Below are positions 24,242 to 38,000 of a DNA stretch of 64,000 nt, one piece after another. The DNA is from Antedon mediterranea. Taxonomy: Eukaryota; Animalia; Echinodermata. The notes under the pieces are model-generated. The model worked only from the letters and a program-made list of their open reading frames with translations. It made no database searches and was not told the origin of the DNA. A program made the translations under genes and the position numbers. Location: contig NC_092675.1 in NCBI RefSeq assembly GCF_964355755.1, positions 7,435,812 to 7,499,811 of the forward strand, read 5' to 3'. Numbering within the stretch: position 1 is the stretch's first letter; every line of letters begins with the position of its first letter.

Positions 24242-26039
24242 TTGTACTGTTATATGTTATTATATTTACTCATGCAATTGTTCTTTAAAAATGCTGTTCA
24301 TTACTGTAGGCTAAAACTTTGGCCATAGTCGTAACTGAGTGTTTGATTTAATGCTGTAAGTTGCTTAAATTCTGCAGGCATCCCAAACAATGTTGTACTG
24401 TTCTCTACTGGTAGTGTATACATCGGTGGTACATTCTCAAGATTAAACTGTATATTCTGTGTCGTAGGTCATCCTAACGAATCATAGGTTCATTTAGCAA
24501 TTGTCATGTTTTTCTTGTAAATTCAGTATTTTTTTGTTTTTTTAAACTTTGTAATGCAACTCATTTTAGCTTCGGCTACCAAATTGCAATAAGTTTCTTT
24601 TAAACCTGAATAAATAAATAGGGCAGCACACTTGGAAGGTTCTTTATTCTAGTTAGGTACCTAAGTGTGGACATGCTTTGTGTTTTGTCATTCAGGTACC
24701 TGTGAGTGCTGTTTATTGACATCGCTATTTTCGTTGGTTGCGTTGTAGAAGTAGTACAGTTCACCTGATTTGTTGCTGTGATTTTATATATATATATATA
24801 TATATATAAACAAATCAGGCACAGAACATTAATGATATATATATAATATTCATGTGTTTATATAAATATATATATGTCATTGTTTGTTTTTGTCTGTGTT
24901 TTTTGGGCATTCCTGACACAAGAATTTACTTTCTTGGTGACGCCTCCCATAATATTTGGAAATAAATGTTATTTTGATCTGATTTGAATAATAATGTTTT
25001 TCTTTGTCATGATCAACTGCCGTCTCAGAAGAGTAAGCCATGTGTAATCTGGGTTAAGTACCAAATTATGCGAACAAGTTAGTTGGTGGTGCATTTCTGT
25101 TAAGAATTAAACCTTCATCGGAGGAATCTGTGGCATCTCCAAAATTGAGCAACATAATTGTTGTTTCTCACTTTCCACTTCTTGAACAGTGCATCAGTCT
25201 GATGGAATAGATTAGGTTTAACTGGAGCATTATCACTTTTCCTTCTTTTCCACTATGTATGTCCATGGATTAAAGAATCCATGGTATGTCCTACGCTTTC
25301 TGCGAGATTGAAATGTGCAGGGCCCTCTATCTTTTGCAAGATCACTCTATCTCCGTCTTGCAACTGTGAGTCTTCTTATAGTTCTTCCTGAGTTACTTCA
25401 ACCATGGAGGTATCTATGCTTCAACCATGTGATGTCCTGTATTTGACTGTGCCATATTCATAAACATTGTATATATTTATTTTTCTTTGTTACAGTTTTA
25501 TTAGTAACTTTTCATGTCTTTTTATGAATGTTTTTAATGAATGGCCTATTGTTCTAAAAAACAGAACCAAATATTTAAACCGGTGCTACATCTATACCTG
25601 ATATGTTTTATCCTGTATATAAATATGTTTTTCAATAAATAAATTCTGAAAAAAAGTAAAAAGTATTAATATTTTTTTTACCATGTCCCCTCGGAGCTTC
25701 ATACAAAATGAAATAGCTATACATATTTAATAACAATATCAATTAATTATTAAATTGCTGGTGCGGTGAGGTTAATTTTTTTATTTTTGTATTGTTAAGT
25801 ATGCCTAACATGGATGCTATACGTCAATACTACTATGATATTGATTAGATACTAATGCTTCTTGTGGTGAAAAAAAAATTCATATTTTTTTTTTTTTTTG
25901 GCGTGCCTTGGAAAATATTTCACACACGTCACACAGAGAGAGCGCGTTCGTGACCATTCAAGCATATCATCCACAACATCACACAACACAGACACACTCT
26001 AAACAACAGACTGTCGGCAGTGACTCTAGCAGAGGCAAG

Positions 26040-29000
26040 ATGTTGGGACTTGGTATTGTTTCAATAAGTTTAATATTCTGTTTCATTATTGGAAGTTTAT
26101 TCCTTTTACAACCTTTATTTAAAACATGGCAACATGTTAGCAAATTTCCTGGACCTAAAGCGTATCCATTGGTCGGCAATGCTCTAACTCTTGAAAGTGA
26201 TCCACATGGTAAGTTCCAACAGTCATAGCCTAGCTAGGCTACTAGCTAGGCCTAGGCTAGGAGGGCCTACTGTAGTTCGTATAGGCCTAGGCCTATATTA
26301 TTAATAATACAGTATAGGCCTACAGTAGCTAGTAGTAATAGTGTAGTAGTAGGCTCAGGAAGAGCCTAGGTAGGTCTAGTTGTAGACCTACTTCTGCCAT
26401 GGGGCGCCGTCCGACACACAAGTGGCTAGTTTAGGCCTACATACAACTCATCCATTCAGCATTCTGTCTTAATTATCATGTTTGTATAAAATAAATAATA
26501 GACCTAAAATACTATGTGGTTTGTCTTTGATAAAGACAAACCACAGTTTGTTTTTTTTTTTTCAAATCATTGTTCATCCGTTTGAAAAGACAAATTCTGT
26601 TTTTATTGAAAGGCAAGCTAGCCTAGGCCTATTGTTTGTTTTTTTATTAAAGATATCTTTATTATTTTAGTATTTTTATTTAAAGATGTATGAAAAATTC
26701 AATCTTTTTATTTAAACGGTGGGAAAATGTTTAATGCAAATAATAAAAAAATCATTGTTTTGTTGAAATGAGGCATACATTCTGAGCTTGTATTTGTAAA
26801 CAATGACCATTAAAAGAAAAAGTTCACCTTTTTCTCGGTCATATGAATTAAGATGTTTGTACACAATGAACAAAAGACTTATTATGAACAGTTGTAATGA
26901 TTTCCTTGAATTACCTATACCAAAAAGGCTAATGATAGCTGGTTGTACTGTGAACAAACTCTGCTAACCTGACATGTAATGGTAAAGGTGCCGCGACTGT
27001 TAATTTTATTCACAGTTTGATTGATTTGTGCAATTTCAAATTGATTCAAGGATTTCTTTGCACAATTTGAATCAAAATACTAAATTCAAATTTAGCAGAA
27101 TATTTAATTGCCCAAAGTATTTCAGTATTTAAATTATTATTTGATAAAACCAAAATCTTAATAACTGTATCCATAATTTTTTATTCATTTATTTATAAAC
27201 TTATTTTCATGGATGACATTTTCATTAAAAATAATGTTCTTACAAATGGTCCATGAATAAAAGAAATGTATGCATAATAGTGAATAGTCATAAGTTACAA
27301 AACATTTTGTTGTTGTTTTAGATAATATCCTACCATGATAAATAATTCTAGTAATTATATAATACAATTTATAATTTATGTGTATTAACTATTATTTATA
27401 ACAACTTAACAGAATAAACTTTTTGAGTTTAGGGTACGTTCACTAAATGGATTATGTAAGCCTTTAGAGATTTTTAAACAATGTTTCAGTTATAAAGCGC
27501 CTATGTATTTTAATATGATTCCTAAAATCATTCGACAATCTGAAAATGTTATTTCCTTTAAACGTGAACTTAAACAATTTATTTCCAGTTACTATTGTTC
27601 GTACTATGTATATATATATATTTTTTTTTTTTTTCTGTCAACGATTTTAACTTTTATATGAATTTTATATAATCATTGTAAATTTTTAAGCCTTTAATAT
27701 ATTTTATGTCATTTGAATATTTAATATTTTATGTGTTGTACTGTATGTTTGTTTTATCGAGGGCCCTGAATGATCAGTTCTATTAGGAACTGGATAGGCT
27801 ACCCTCAGTAAATATGGTAATAAATAAAAATAAATAAAAGCGGTAAGGTAATCCACGGATTAAAATGCTCGGGTGTTCACACGTACAACGTTTGTTATAT
27901 TAATGAATGGCGTTAAACAAAGAAGTCCAAGTATCGTTTACGTTTTAAAAGTTAAACCAGTGGTTACTTTTTAGATTTTACATTGTCTTGATGACAATCT
28001 TTTGGTTATTTTTAACCATTTCTTGAAATATAAACTTCAGCACTTGATTTCTAAATCAATTGGTTCCCAAAAAGCCTCTGCTTTTAGCCATTATTTACTT
28101 TTATTTCACCCTAAACAATTCATGCGCCTTTAGATCGAAGAGCAGAGAGCAGCTAAATAGCTTGTTTGTATATCAGCAATAAAATTTACAGTAAAAAACT
28201 AGAATTGATTGGTGAATATCTTAAAATAAGGTCAAAATCATTCAAGCGTCGCTGGAGTTAGCTCCATGGCGTTAGTTAAGATGGGCTATCATGTAGTTGT
28301 CGTTAATAACGCCACGGACGTGCCATAGTGAATTGCTTTATTAACTCCACTGCCTAGTTCACACGCAAGGCGTAGGCTATGCAAGGCATACGCCACTGGC
28401 TTATGCCATATGTGTTCAGGCTCTTAAATAATAATAATGGGTAAGTATAAAATATTAAAGGATTTAAATATGTCTATAGGCCTATTTTTTTGTAGGAGAG
28501 ACGATAATTTAGATGCTGATTTTTAACACTGATCCTTTCCCCGCCACGTAGGTTGGGTGTTGAGCTAACATCACCGAGAAGTGCCAATGAGTGAAAACAA
28601 CGGCTGGACCCTTTTATACCTACTACGTTTCATGTTATTGTATTTTGTATCATAAAGAAAATCCTTCCGCAAATTTCAAATTCTACGAATTTCTTGCGAA
28701 TTTGAAATTAAATTGCGCAAGGAAATCCTTGCATAATTTAAAATTGCACACACCCACTTCAGGCTCATGATATTGATAAATGATAGAGTTATGAATAAAT
28801 AATTTCCTTGTTGCATTGCAACTTACTGTATACAAATAAAAGAAGGCAACAATAGGTAGAATTGTTTAATAATAATAATTTTTAACAACATTATTTATGA
28901 ATTACTGAAATTATTAAATACCTTTTAGATTTATTTTAATGTTACCAGTACTACTTTTTTACTTCAATAATGTATGATTTTATTTAGAGGGTACTGTATA

Positions 29001-32000
29001 AATATTGATATGATCCCTTAGGCATGCTTCATTGCATCAACAACATTCAAGAAAAATGAAACTCGCAAACGAATGAAAAACAAAACTAAAAACGATGGTA
29101 ATTTTTGGAATTTCTGGTCGCTGCCATTCATAACTTGGTTAAAATTAATAGGTAAGCTATGCTTAAACCTAGAGGGCCATAATCACTAATTGCCCATATA
29201 AAAAAAATTAATAAAATTTCGAACTTGACAGCAAACAAATGATTTTGTTTAGGCCTAATATAACAAGTTATTTTTGTTGCAGCTTTCTTTAACCAGATTG
29301 GAAAATGGTGTACTGAAGATTTCAAAGATGGATTTTTTCGACTGTGGCTTGGGATTGTGCCATTTGTGATAGTGTATAAAGCAGAAGATGTTGAGGTGTG
29401 TGCTCCAGACCATGAATTTAATATTGTTGGCAATTGTTTAATTAAAATATTTTGTTCCAGCCACCTCCTTTTATAAAGTTGACACTTTTTCTGAGCAATT
29501 GTTTGGTTGTTTATGGCTGAACTAGTATGGTAGTATAGTACAATGACAGTGAGACATTGAATTTGACTTTGACTATGAAAGTCAAATTCAGTTTGGTGAT
29601 ACCATTTATGTTTTCTTACACACTATCATATAACTACAAATTGGATAATTTTTAGGCCAAAATATATTTGTTAAAAAGTTGATTTTCCAAGTTAATAAAG
29701 TTAATATATGGCCCATTCCCTTGATGATAATATGAAGTGTGGAATAAAGAATGGTTAAATCATACAGGAAAGAAAAAAAATATATAATATAATGTTTTTA
29801 ACATCTTTTTTTGTATCATATTTATCATGAACTTTGTCATGACTTGACATTCTGTTATGATTTATAATACAGTAATTTTCCATGATGTATTACTAATTCC
29901 AGTAACCCATAAGCTACACAGACGACAACCAATCAAATATATTTTATATTTCCCCTGCTGTATGTGTACAAAGTACAGATTTAAATAGTAATCCTATCTT
30001 TACTAATATATTTTGTCTAAGGCATAGTGCCAATATCTTCAAATTTAATCAACTGTCCAAATAGGTAGCAATCTGATATAGGACAAATGTATTGTAAGTA
30101 ATACTAAAACAGGCCTTTAGTGAAATGGTTTGTTATTAGAAAAATAATGGACATATGATTGAACCATACACTCCAGGATTCAACTAAACCATCAAGCCAC
30201 ACAGTGTGTTATTTCATTTAAAATAGTGTTTTACACAATCTATAACATTCTTTTTAAATGTTACTGATCTTTTAATTCCCTAAACCCCCATCCCTGTCCT
30301 CCTTCAACTCAACCATCAAATCACACAGTCACAGTGTGTTATTTCATTTAAAATAGTGTTTTACACAATCGATAACATTCTTTTTAAATGTTACTGATCT
30401 TTTAATTCCCTAAACCTCAATCCCTGTCCTCCTTCCAAACCAGAAGTACAGTAATAACTATCTATGAAACTGATTGGTTGTATTTGACATAAACTACTTT
30501 AAACTCCTCCAGACTTCCACCTTGCAAAAACCAAGGCAATCTAACACCAAGAGGCTGAGCCCCAGAGAATAATATATTTGCTATGAAATTAAAAAACATT
30601 ATAAATATTAAATTCCTTGGGTACTGAAATTTGACTAAATTAAGAATAATTTGCTACTGTAGTAATAGGCTATACTTTCACTAAATTAGAATTTATTTAT
30701 ATTTGGATCGTTAATGTGTATTTTATTTATCTTTATGTACTGGATGTCTAAGGATGGATAAGCAAGCCTGTGAGCTACAGCGATTTTAATTGCTTTTGCT
30801 TATCCTTGCCTCCTTAGATTTCCACCTGTCTTGTTTTTGTTACCTTGTTTTAAATGTATTTCGATTTTAAAGCTCAGATACAGGCATGAATTTTAAATAT
30901 AATATCTGGTTAATTGTACATAAATCAAATATTTGTAACAGAAATCAAAACGAAAAAACATGAATTTCCCTTAATATGGTCAAATACAAAATTTGGCAAA
31001 ATTCTGCTATAAAAACCAGGAAGACCTTTTTTCAGTAGTTAGGTAGTTTAACCTAATGTAATAACATGTCTGGTGACTCCCTAGACGGTGAAAAAAGATG
31101 GTGGATATACGGTGGATAATTTCTGCTATAGCATGAAAATAAAAATCTGAAGTTGAATAAAAATACCAGAAATGTAAAATTCAAGTTATATTATTACCTA
31201 TATTTAGTCATCTGATAACATTTTTTACCACACTGTTTATTTTTCATAGCTTTTTCAAATGCCTCTCTTTTTACAAAATTTGTGTACAAAAGAATAGAGA
31301 TTTTACTGTGTAATTTTAACTATCCCCCCACTGATAAGAAAGTGCTTATTTTTAACAAGCTCAAGTAACACAAATAAAATCCCAAAAATTATGAAACATA
31401 GGGGAAACTATAGATCGATAATTATTGGAATGTATGATCAATAGAAATTTTTGGGGGTGTCTATAAAACTCAGATCATGCACTGTATTTTCTTTATGATT
31501 TAAGCTGTAGGCCGCTTCTACATGTCACAATATAAGTAAGAAAACGTACACAGTAATCAGTTTTAATAATACTCTAGTATTTCAAATGACTTACCTGCTG
31601 ATTAATAATGGAACGATCCAAATGACCTACCAACCAATCAAATGATGATCTGAGTTTTCTAGTTCCATTTTGGAACTAGAAAAGTCAGATATTGATATCT
31701 GAGTTTTCTAGATCTAGAAAAGTCAGATATATCCGAGATCTGAGTTTTCTAGATCTGAGTTTTCTAGACACCCAATTTTTTGCCCGCACCTGGCCTTTAA
31801 AGGCTAAACAAAGAATGAATGAATGAATGAATGAATAAGAGTGTTTATCTGTGGCTGCAAGCAACACAATCAGACACCGCATGCCGCAGAGAATATGTAC
31901 ATATTAACAGTACTGTTAGTATTTTTCGCATTCAGACATAAGATCAAAGGACTGTTATAACAAACAAGTTCCTATCTTGGTAGGCGAGCTCAGTGTCCTG

Positions 32001-35000
32001 TTTAATTGTTTCGCAGAAACACAGACAGAGCTACAGAATGGACCCATAGAATAAGCTGAATAATTGACTTGAATTATGAGAAACAACAAGCAATTGAATG
32101 AATAATTTAATTTAATTTAAATTAAGTGTTTTATTTGATTTCCCTTAATTCTTTTGTGCATTATATTATTATAAATTCTATTTATTTTAATTTCATTTTA
32201 ATTTCATTTTAATTTCATTTTAATTGTATGTTTACTATATTTCTTTGAGGGTATTTAATGATCAGGACCACCCTTGTAAAATATTGTTGAAATAAAATAA
32301 ATAAAAATAAAATAAATATATTTGTGGTTAACAACAACCCTGAGTGGCATGAAACAACCACTACAGCTCCAAAACAGGACTGTGCTTAGGGGAATCTAAA
32401 ACGCATTATACTTAGGAAAATAATTATTTTATACCTCCATGGTTTATTTCACACAACATATTATTATAAACACCACAAGCACAAAACAAATTCTAAAAAG
32501 TCGGCCCAACCCAAGATTCGAACCCGGAACCTTGCTTGATATGCAGATGTCCTAACCATTAGACCACTGGGCTTTCATGGTATAATATATATATTAAACA
32601 TAACAGGCAAAGAACATTAATTCTAAATCACCCGGTGATACTGAAAATTTATTAATTAATTTTAAACAATGATTGATTGATTACTGCCTCCTCCACTAAA
32701 AAGTCTGGTGAGATTTCCGCTTGGGTTGCTCTGTAAATCTCTTACAAGTTTCTTCCAATCGGATCTTTAATTGGCTAGTTCTTTAAGTTGTTTGATGTCT
32801 TTCTTGGTTTCAAATAAATAAACAATAAATTACATAAGGAAATCTTATGAGAATGAGAAAATGTCGAACCCGGAACCTATCCTTCTATCATTTCCTCATC
32901 CTATCGTTTCAAATTATAATAATACATATTATACATATGGCACATGCGAGGGAAATCAGACATAAATAATACTGAAAATACATAATCCAAGATTTAAAAT
33001 ACTGGAAAAAATATCTTGCCAATACCTTCCAGAGATATATCTAACGCCCGTATTCTTAAACCGGACTTTAGTCGTAGTTCGAAGTTCGACTTGAAAAAGT
33101 CGTAGTTCGAGCTATTACTTCAAATTCGATTCAAAAACGAAGTAGTCGAAGTTTGCAGTTCGACTTAATGAAGTCGAGCTTTTAGTCGAGTTGCACACGT
33201 CTGGGTAACAAAGGCTAAACATTAACCAATGACAAGAGAGTATTTGAGGAGCAGACAAAATTTTGCGCATTGATATCACTTTCCATTTTCTTACAAAACT
33301 TTTTACGCATCAGGACTATACATGAAAAATAATTTTAATCGTTAATTATTAGAACAAGATCAGTATTAATTTAACAGTGAAGTACTTTTGATTAACAACA
33401 AACAAAATCTTCAAAATATATTTAGGAACCATGGAGGTACGGTAACTTTCATATTTTCTAGGCCTCCAACAAAGTATGATCGCGACGAACCACGCACTTC
33501 ATAGCGTGACAAGAAAGCGCTAGGCCCCCTAAACATTCCATCACGTGGTGAATTGCAGCATCTCCCATTGTCGCTATGGCGTGACGTAGTTCAAGTCGGA
33601 CTTGCGCGAAGAAAATAATGTAATTTGTATACAGTTGAAGTTTGTAAATAAAGATGATTTTCATTATTATACTTATACCAATGTATATTTAATTAAGCTA
33701 ATATAAATATAGATATTTCATTCTTCAATATCTGGCCAATATAACAACTCAATGACTGTTATGTTTTTTATAAACATTGTTTAAAAACCATTTAGTCGAC
33801 CATTTAGCCTGCCCCCTCCAGGACTAAAAAAATCGATCAAAATCCGTCTCGATTTAGTCGAGGTTGGCCTGATTTAGTCGGTGATTTAGTTTAAGTTCGG
33901 TTTATGAATTAAAATGACGTCATTTTTTTAGTTTTAGCTCGAACTACGACTAAAGTCCGGTTTAAGAATATGGGCGTAAGTCTAAAATGTTAGTTGTTAC
34001 AATCAGTGTTTAGAAAAAAATGCTTTTAAAGTTAAAGATGTATTGTCCCTTTGACTAATTCCTAAAAAAATAAAAAATAAATATTTCGAAAAAAAGTTGG
34101 TCATTTTGAAGTATCATAATACTGTAGTTATTAACTTTCACCAAAAGATAGTCGGAAAAAAAATCATTTAACTGAAATACAGACGTTTTTTTTGTTCAAA
34201 AAATAACTTTGACTTCCAGTCAAAGTTTTCGATCAAAACATATCACATAATGCAACACGCTTGTTTGGCTACTCTGTATGCATAATCATAAAACTTCTTT
34301 GCGATCTGTGTGAAAATACCTTCTCAACCGCGACGAGTTGTAAACAATCCTAATTGTTTGTTTTGTTTGTTTACTTTTGCTGGCGACGATTTTCCAGACG
34401 AAATGTAATCAAATTAATTTACCTGTTAATTACGTAAACTTGTTGTTTTTGGCTCGAATTTTCGACTTCAAAAAGTGAATAACTTTATTATTACTTTGAT
34501 ATGGTCAATTTAAACTTAGAATATTTTGACCTTCATTTTTTGTGTTTCAAGGGACAATGCATCTTTAAGTTACAGGAAATGAGAAATACAAAAACAGGGC
34601 GTTTAAGTTTACGCCTTTCAATAAACAATGAATTTAGTTTTTTCAGAGCTCGTCTATAGACATAACCACCTTTGTGAAACAGTATATTGTTTATATTGTT
34701 CAAAATAAAATTTTTATTTTAACCTTTTATTTATTTATGTTTTTTGTACTTTTGTTCATGCCTTTCAACATGTAGGTTAATAATTTTAACTTTATATTAT
34801 AGGAAATACTTAAAAACAGCAAGAATATAAAGAAATCATATGTGTATACATTTCTCCACCCTTGGCTTGGTACAGGCCTACTTACCAGGTGTGTGTTTTT
34901 GTTTTTTTTAAATCATTTTTTTTTCTGTTATCTTGTTATGTATGTTTTGTGCTATGAGTTTCTCAACATTCGCCACGGTTATAACCCCATGCAGTGTAAT

Positions 35001-38000
35001 CTCACCATCTCAGAGTCATATACCAAATTTCGTATCTTGGTCCTAGTTTCTAAAAATGTATTTTTTATGTGGACATGGCGGGCAAGAAAATACCATTCTT
35101 TCAAAATCTGATATTTTAAATCCATTGTTTTGGAGAGTGTGTGTCAACACAATAATATACTTCGGTTGATTGAAATTTATATTTATACTGGGTAACCTCT
35201 TCAGTCAAAGACTGGTCTCCCAGTTGGTGATCAATGGCTGTGATGTACTAATACACCGGGGTAACCCCCTACTCGTCTCGAAAGATGTACTAGGTTCTTT
35301 AAAGTGCACACGAGCTAGTTGTGTACACTGGACCCACGGTTTATAGTCCTTATCCGAGAAGACTTGTTCTACCACCAGAACCATGGAGTGAGTGAGCCTC
35401 GAACCCCTGCCGATGTTATGGCTACGTAATTACGGTTCCACTGTCTTAACCGCTCGGCCACTCACCCACTCACAGACCCTATAATTAATGTTGAGAAAGT
35501 AGACATTTTCTTTTTGAATGTGTTTATTTTATACTCTTTAGCACTGGCTCAAAATGGCACACACGACGCAAAATGTTAACGCCGACATTTCACTTCAAAA
35601 TTTTGAGTGATTTTATGCAAGTTTTTAATGAGCAGGCAGAAATTCTTGTCCAAAATTTAGAGAAAAAAGCTGACGGCAAGCCATTCAATATTTTTTTCTT
35701 ACTGACAGCGTGTGTGCTGGATATTATATGCGGTAAGAACTATTTTTTTAATAAACAATTTTAACGTATTCTTTTTACTCATGGCGTTTCTTCCTGTTTT
35801 GTATTTTTTTAACTTTTGTATTGTTCCATATTTTTATTTATTTGTAAAATGAGCAATGAATTTCCGAAAGGATTAATAAAAAAAAACTTGAATTTTGAAT
35901 AGCGCATATTCATGAAAAGGAGACATATCTGTAGACTATCTCTTGGATTTAGTCCTGACTATCCTAAAACGGTTTTCATGAAAGGGAACATCTTTAGTCC
36001 TGGACTAGACCTGTAGTAAAACCGGCAAATGATAATCCACCCAAGGGGTAGGCTTAATAAAGTTAGTCTAGGATTACAGAAGTCCCCTTTCATAAATATA
36101 GGCCTATGTATCTTTGTTTTATTTTGCGTGCATTCATGTGTGTAAAACCTTCAAGTTATCATTGTATTGATGATGTTGATATCAGATGTTGAACTTAGTA
36201 AGATATTTAACCCGCCATTATTTTGACATATGTCAGTCAATTTCTTTGTAAGTAAATAACTATAAGAAGAATAAAAAAGCAATACAAATTGATTTATATC
36301 GATTTTACAGAGGCGGCTATGGGAGAGTCTGTACATGCACAAAAGGATCTTCAAAATGAGTATGTCCAAGCAGTTTTAAAGTAAGTTATGATAAGGGTAA
36401 GGGTTGGGAGGTTGAAGGAGGAATGCTAGCTTTTCATATCATTTTTTACTATAATAATACTAATAGCTCAGAATAGAAACACAGTTGGTCAAATCAGCTG
36501 TGTACACGAGGTGGCACTCCCTAGCCCTGTATTATTACCGTATTTAAAAAATCCTGGATCTATCCTTGTTAATATTTCTATATCAATGTTGTTTTTGAAA
36601 ACTTTTTTTTTTTTGTTACTCAGCTGTATTGTAGATATAGCATTTTGTATGATTTATGTTTTGTTTTTCGAAGTCTAAATTAGTTTTTTTGTTTCACAGG
36701 ATGTCCGAGTTGCTTCAAGACAGACAGAAATATCCATGGCTTTGGCCAGACTTCATCTACTACCGTTTGTCATCAGGAAAGCAATTTTCAGAAAGTTTAC
36801 GTATTCTTCATGACATGACACTCAAGGTGTGATATAAACAGGTGTTCCTATTGGGGGTACACTTTTGAGACAAAATAATGTTGCCCTTGGCTGCAATGGC
36901 GTAACGGCTATGAGCGCTCACTGGCTAAACCCAGGGGTCCCGAAGCTTATGGGAACCCTTAGCAGTGCCCAGAGGAAAAAACAGGCATTAAAATATGCAT
37001 TAAAAGCGTTGGCGTGCCAGTAAGGGTTCCTAAATCAGGGCCTCAGGCCTCTGTGTTACAGTACATCACTGCTTGGCTTTAGTACAAAACATATTTTCTC
37101 TCGTTTGTTCATCGAAAGGATTGACTTAAAAGCAGTGTTCATAGGGGTATCTGATGAAACTATTAAGGGGATACTTACAGAACCAAACAAAAACATACTT
37201 TGCCCCTTGTTTGTTCTCCACACTGGTTCTATTAAAAATGCATCTCTATCATAGTTTTCAAAACACTCTTAAAAAACTTTTTTCTTTGTAATTTCTCTCT
37301 GATTTTTCTCTCCGCACTTTGAAACAATCTTTTGATTGGAAAAGCGCTTTATAAATTCTACTACATACTCTTTGTCAATGAAAAGTTTGTATCTGTTATG
37401 GTGCTTTTTTTAACATCTACCTCTTCTGATATGTCACACAGATTCCTCAATTCCAAATTCTTTAAGGCACCATTTTTATTTTTGAACAATAATTCCAGGT
37501 AATTAACAATCATGGATCAGAACTAAAGGAACAGCTTAAGAAACAGGAAGAACAAGGTACTGTGACGTCAGAAGAACCACAAACTATTGGCAAAAGAAAA
37601 AGACTTGCATTTCTAGACTTGCTTTTGTACATGCAAAATGAAAATCCAAGTTTTACCATCGATGACATACGTGAAGAAGTTGATACTTTCATGTTTGAGG
37701 TACAGTACTGTATATATTTATAACATGTTTTCCCTAAGGAACAGTGCCTAGAACATTTTTATATGTTTTTTGGCCCAAATACAACAATATGACTAATAAC
37801 AATAATATACAGTAATACTATTATCATGGAGGAAATATACAGTATATATACTGTATATTTCCTCCATGTTATTATATACTTTGTTTCTGTGGCACACAAG
37901 AGATAAAATAACAATAAAAAAGTAAAAATAAAAATACAATTCACAAAATACAAATACCAATTGATTAATAAAATACCAAACATTTTACGACAGTACTTAA

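Noticed and set aside
25908-26039. 44-aa N-terminal extension of CYP copy 2
   Set aside because: It starts at TTG and is not frame-conserved in copy 1; ATG 26040 directly precedes the membrane anchor.
32503-32572. Functional tRNA gene
   Set aside because: The anticodon and acceptor stems do not pair properly, and it is embedded in a repeat with other degenerate copies.
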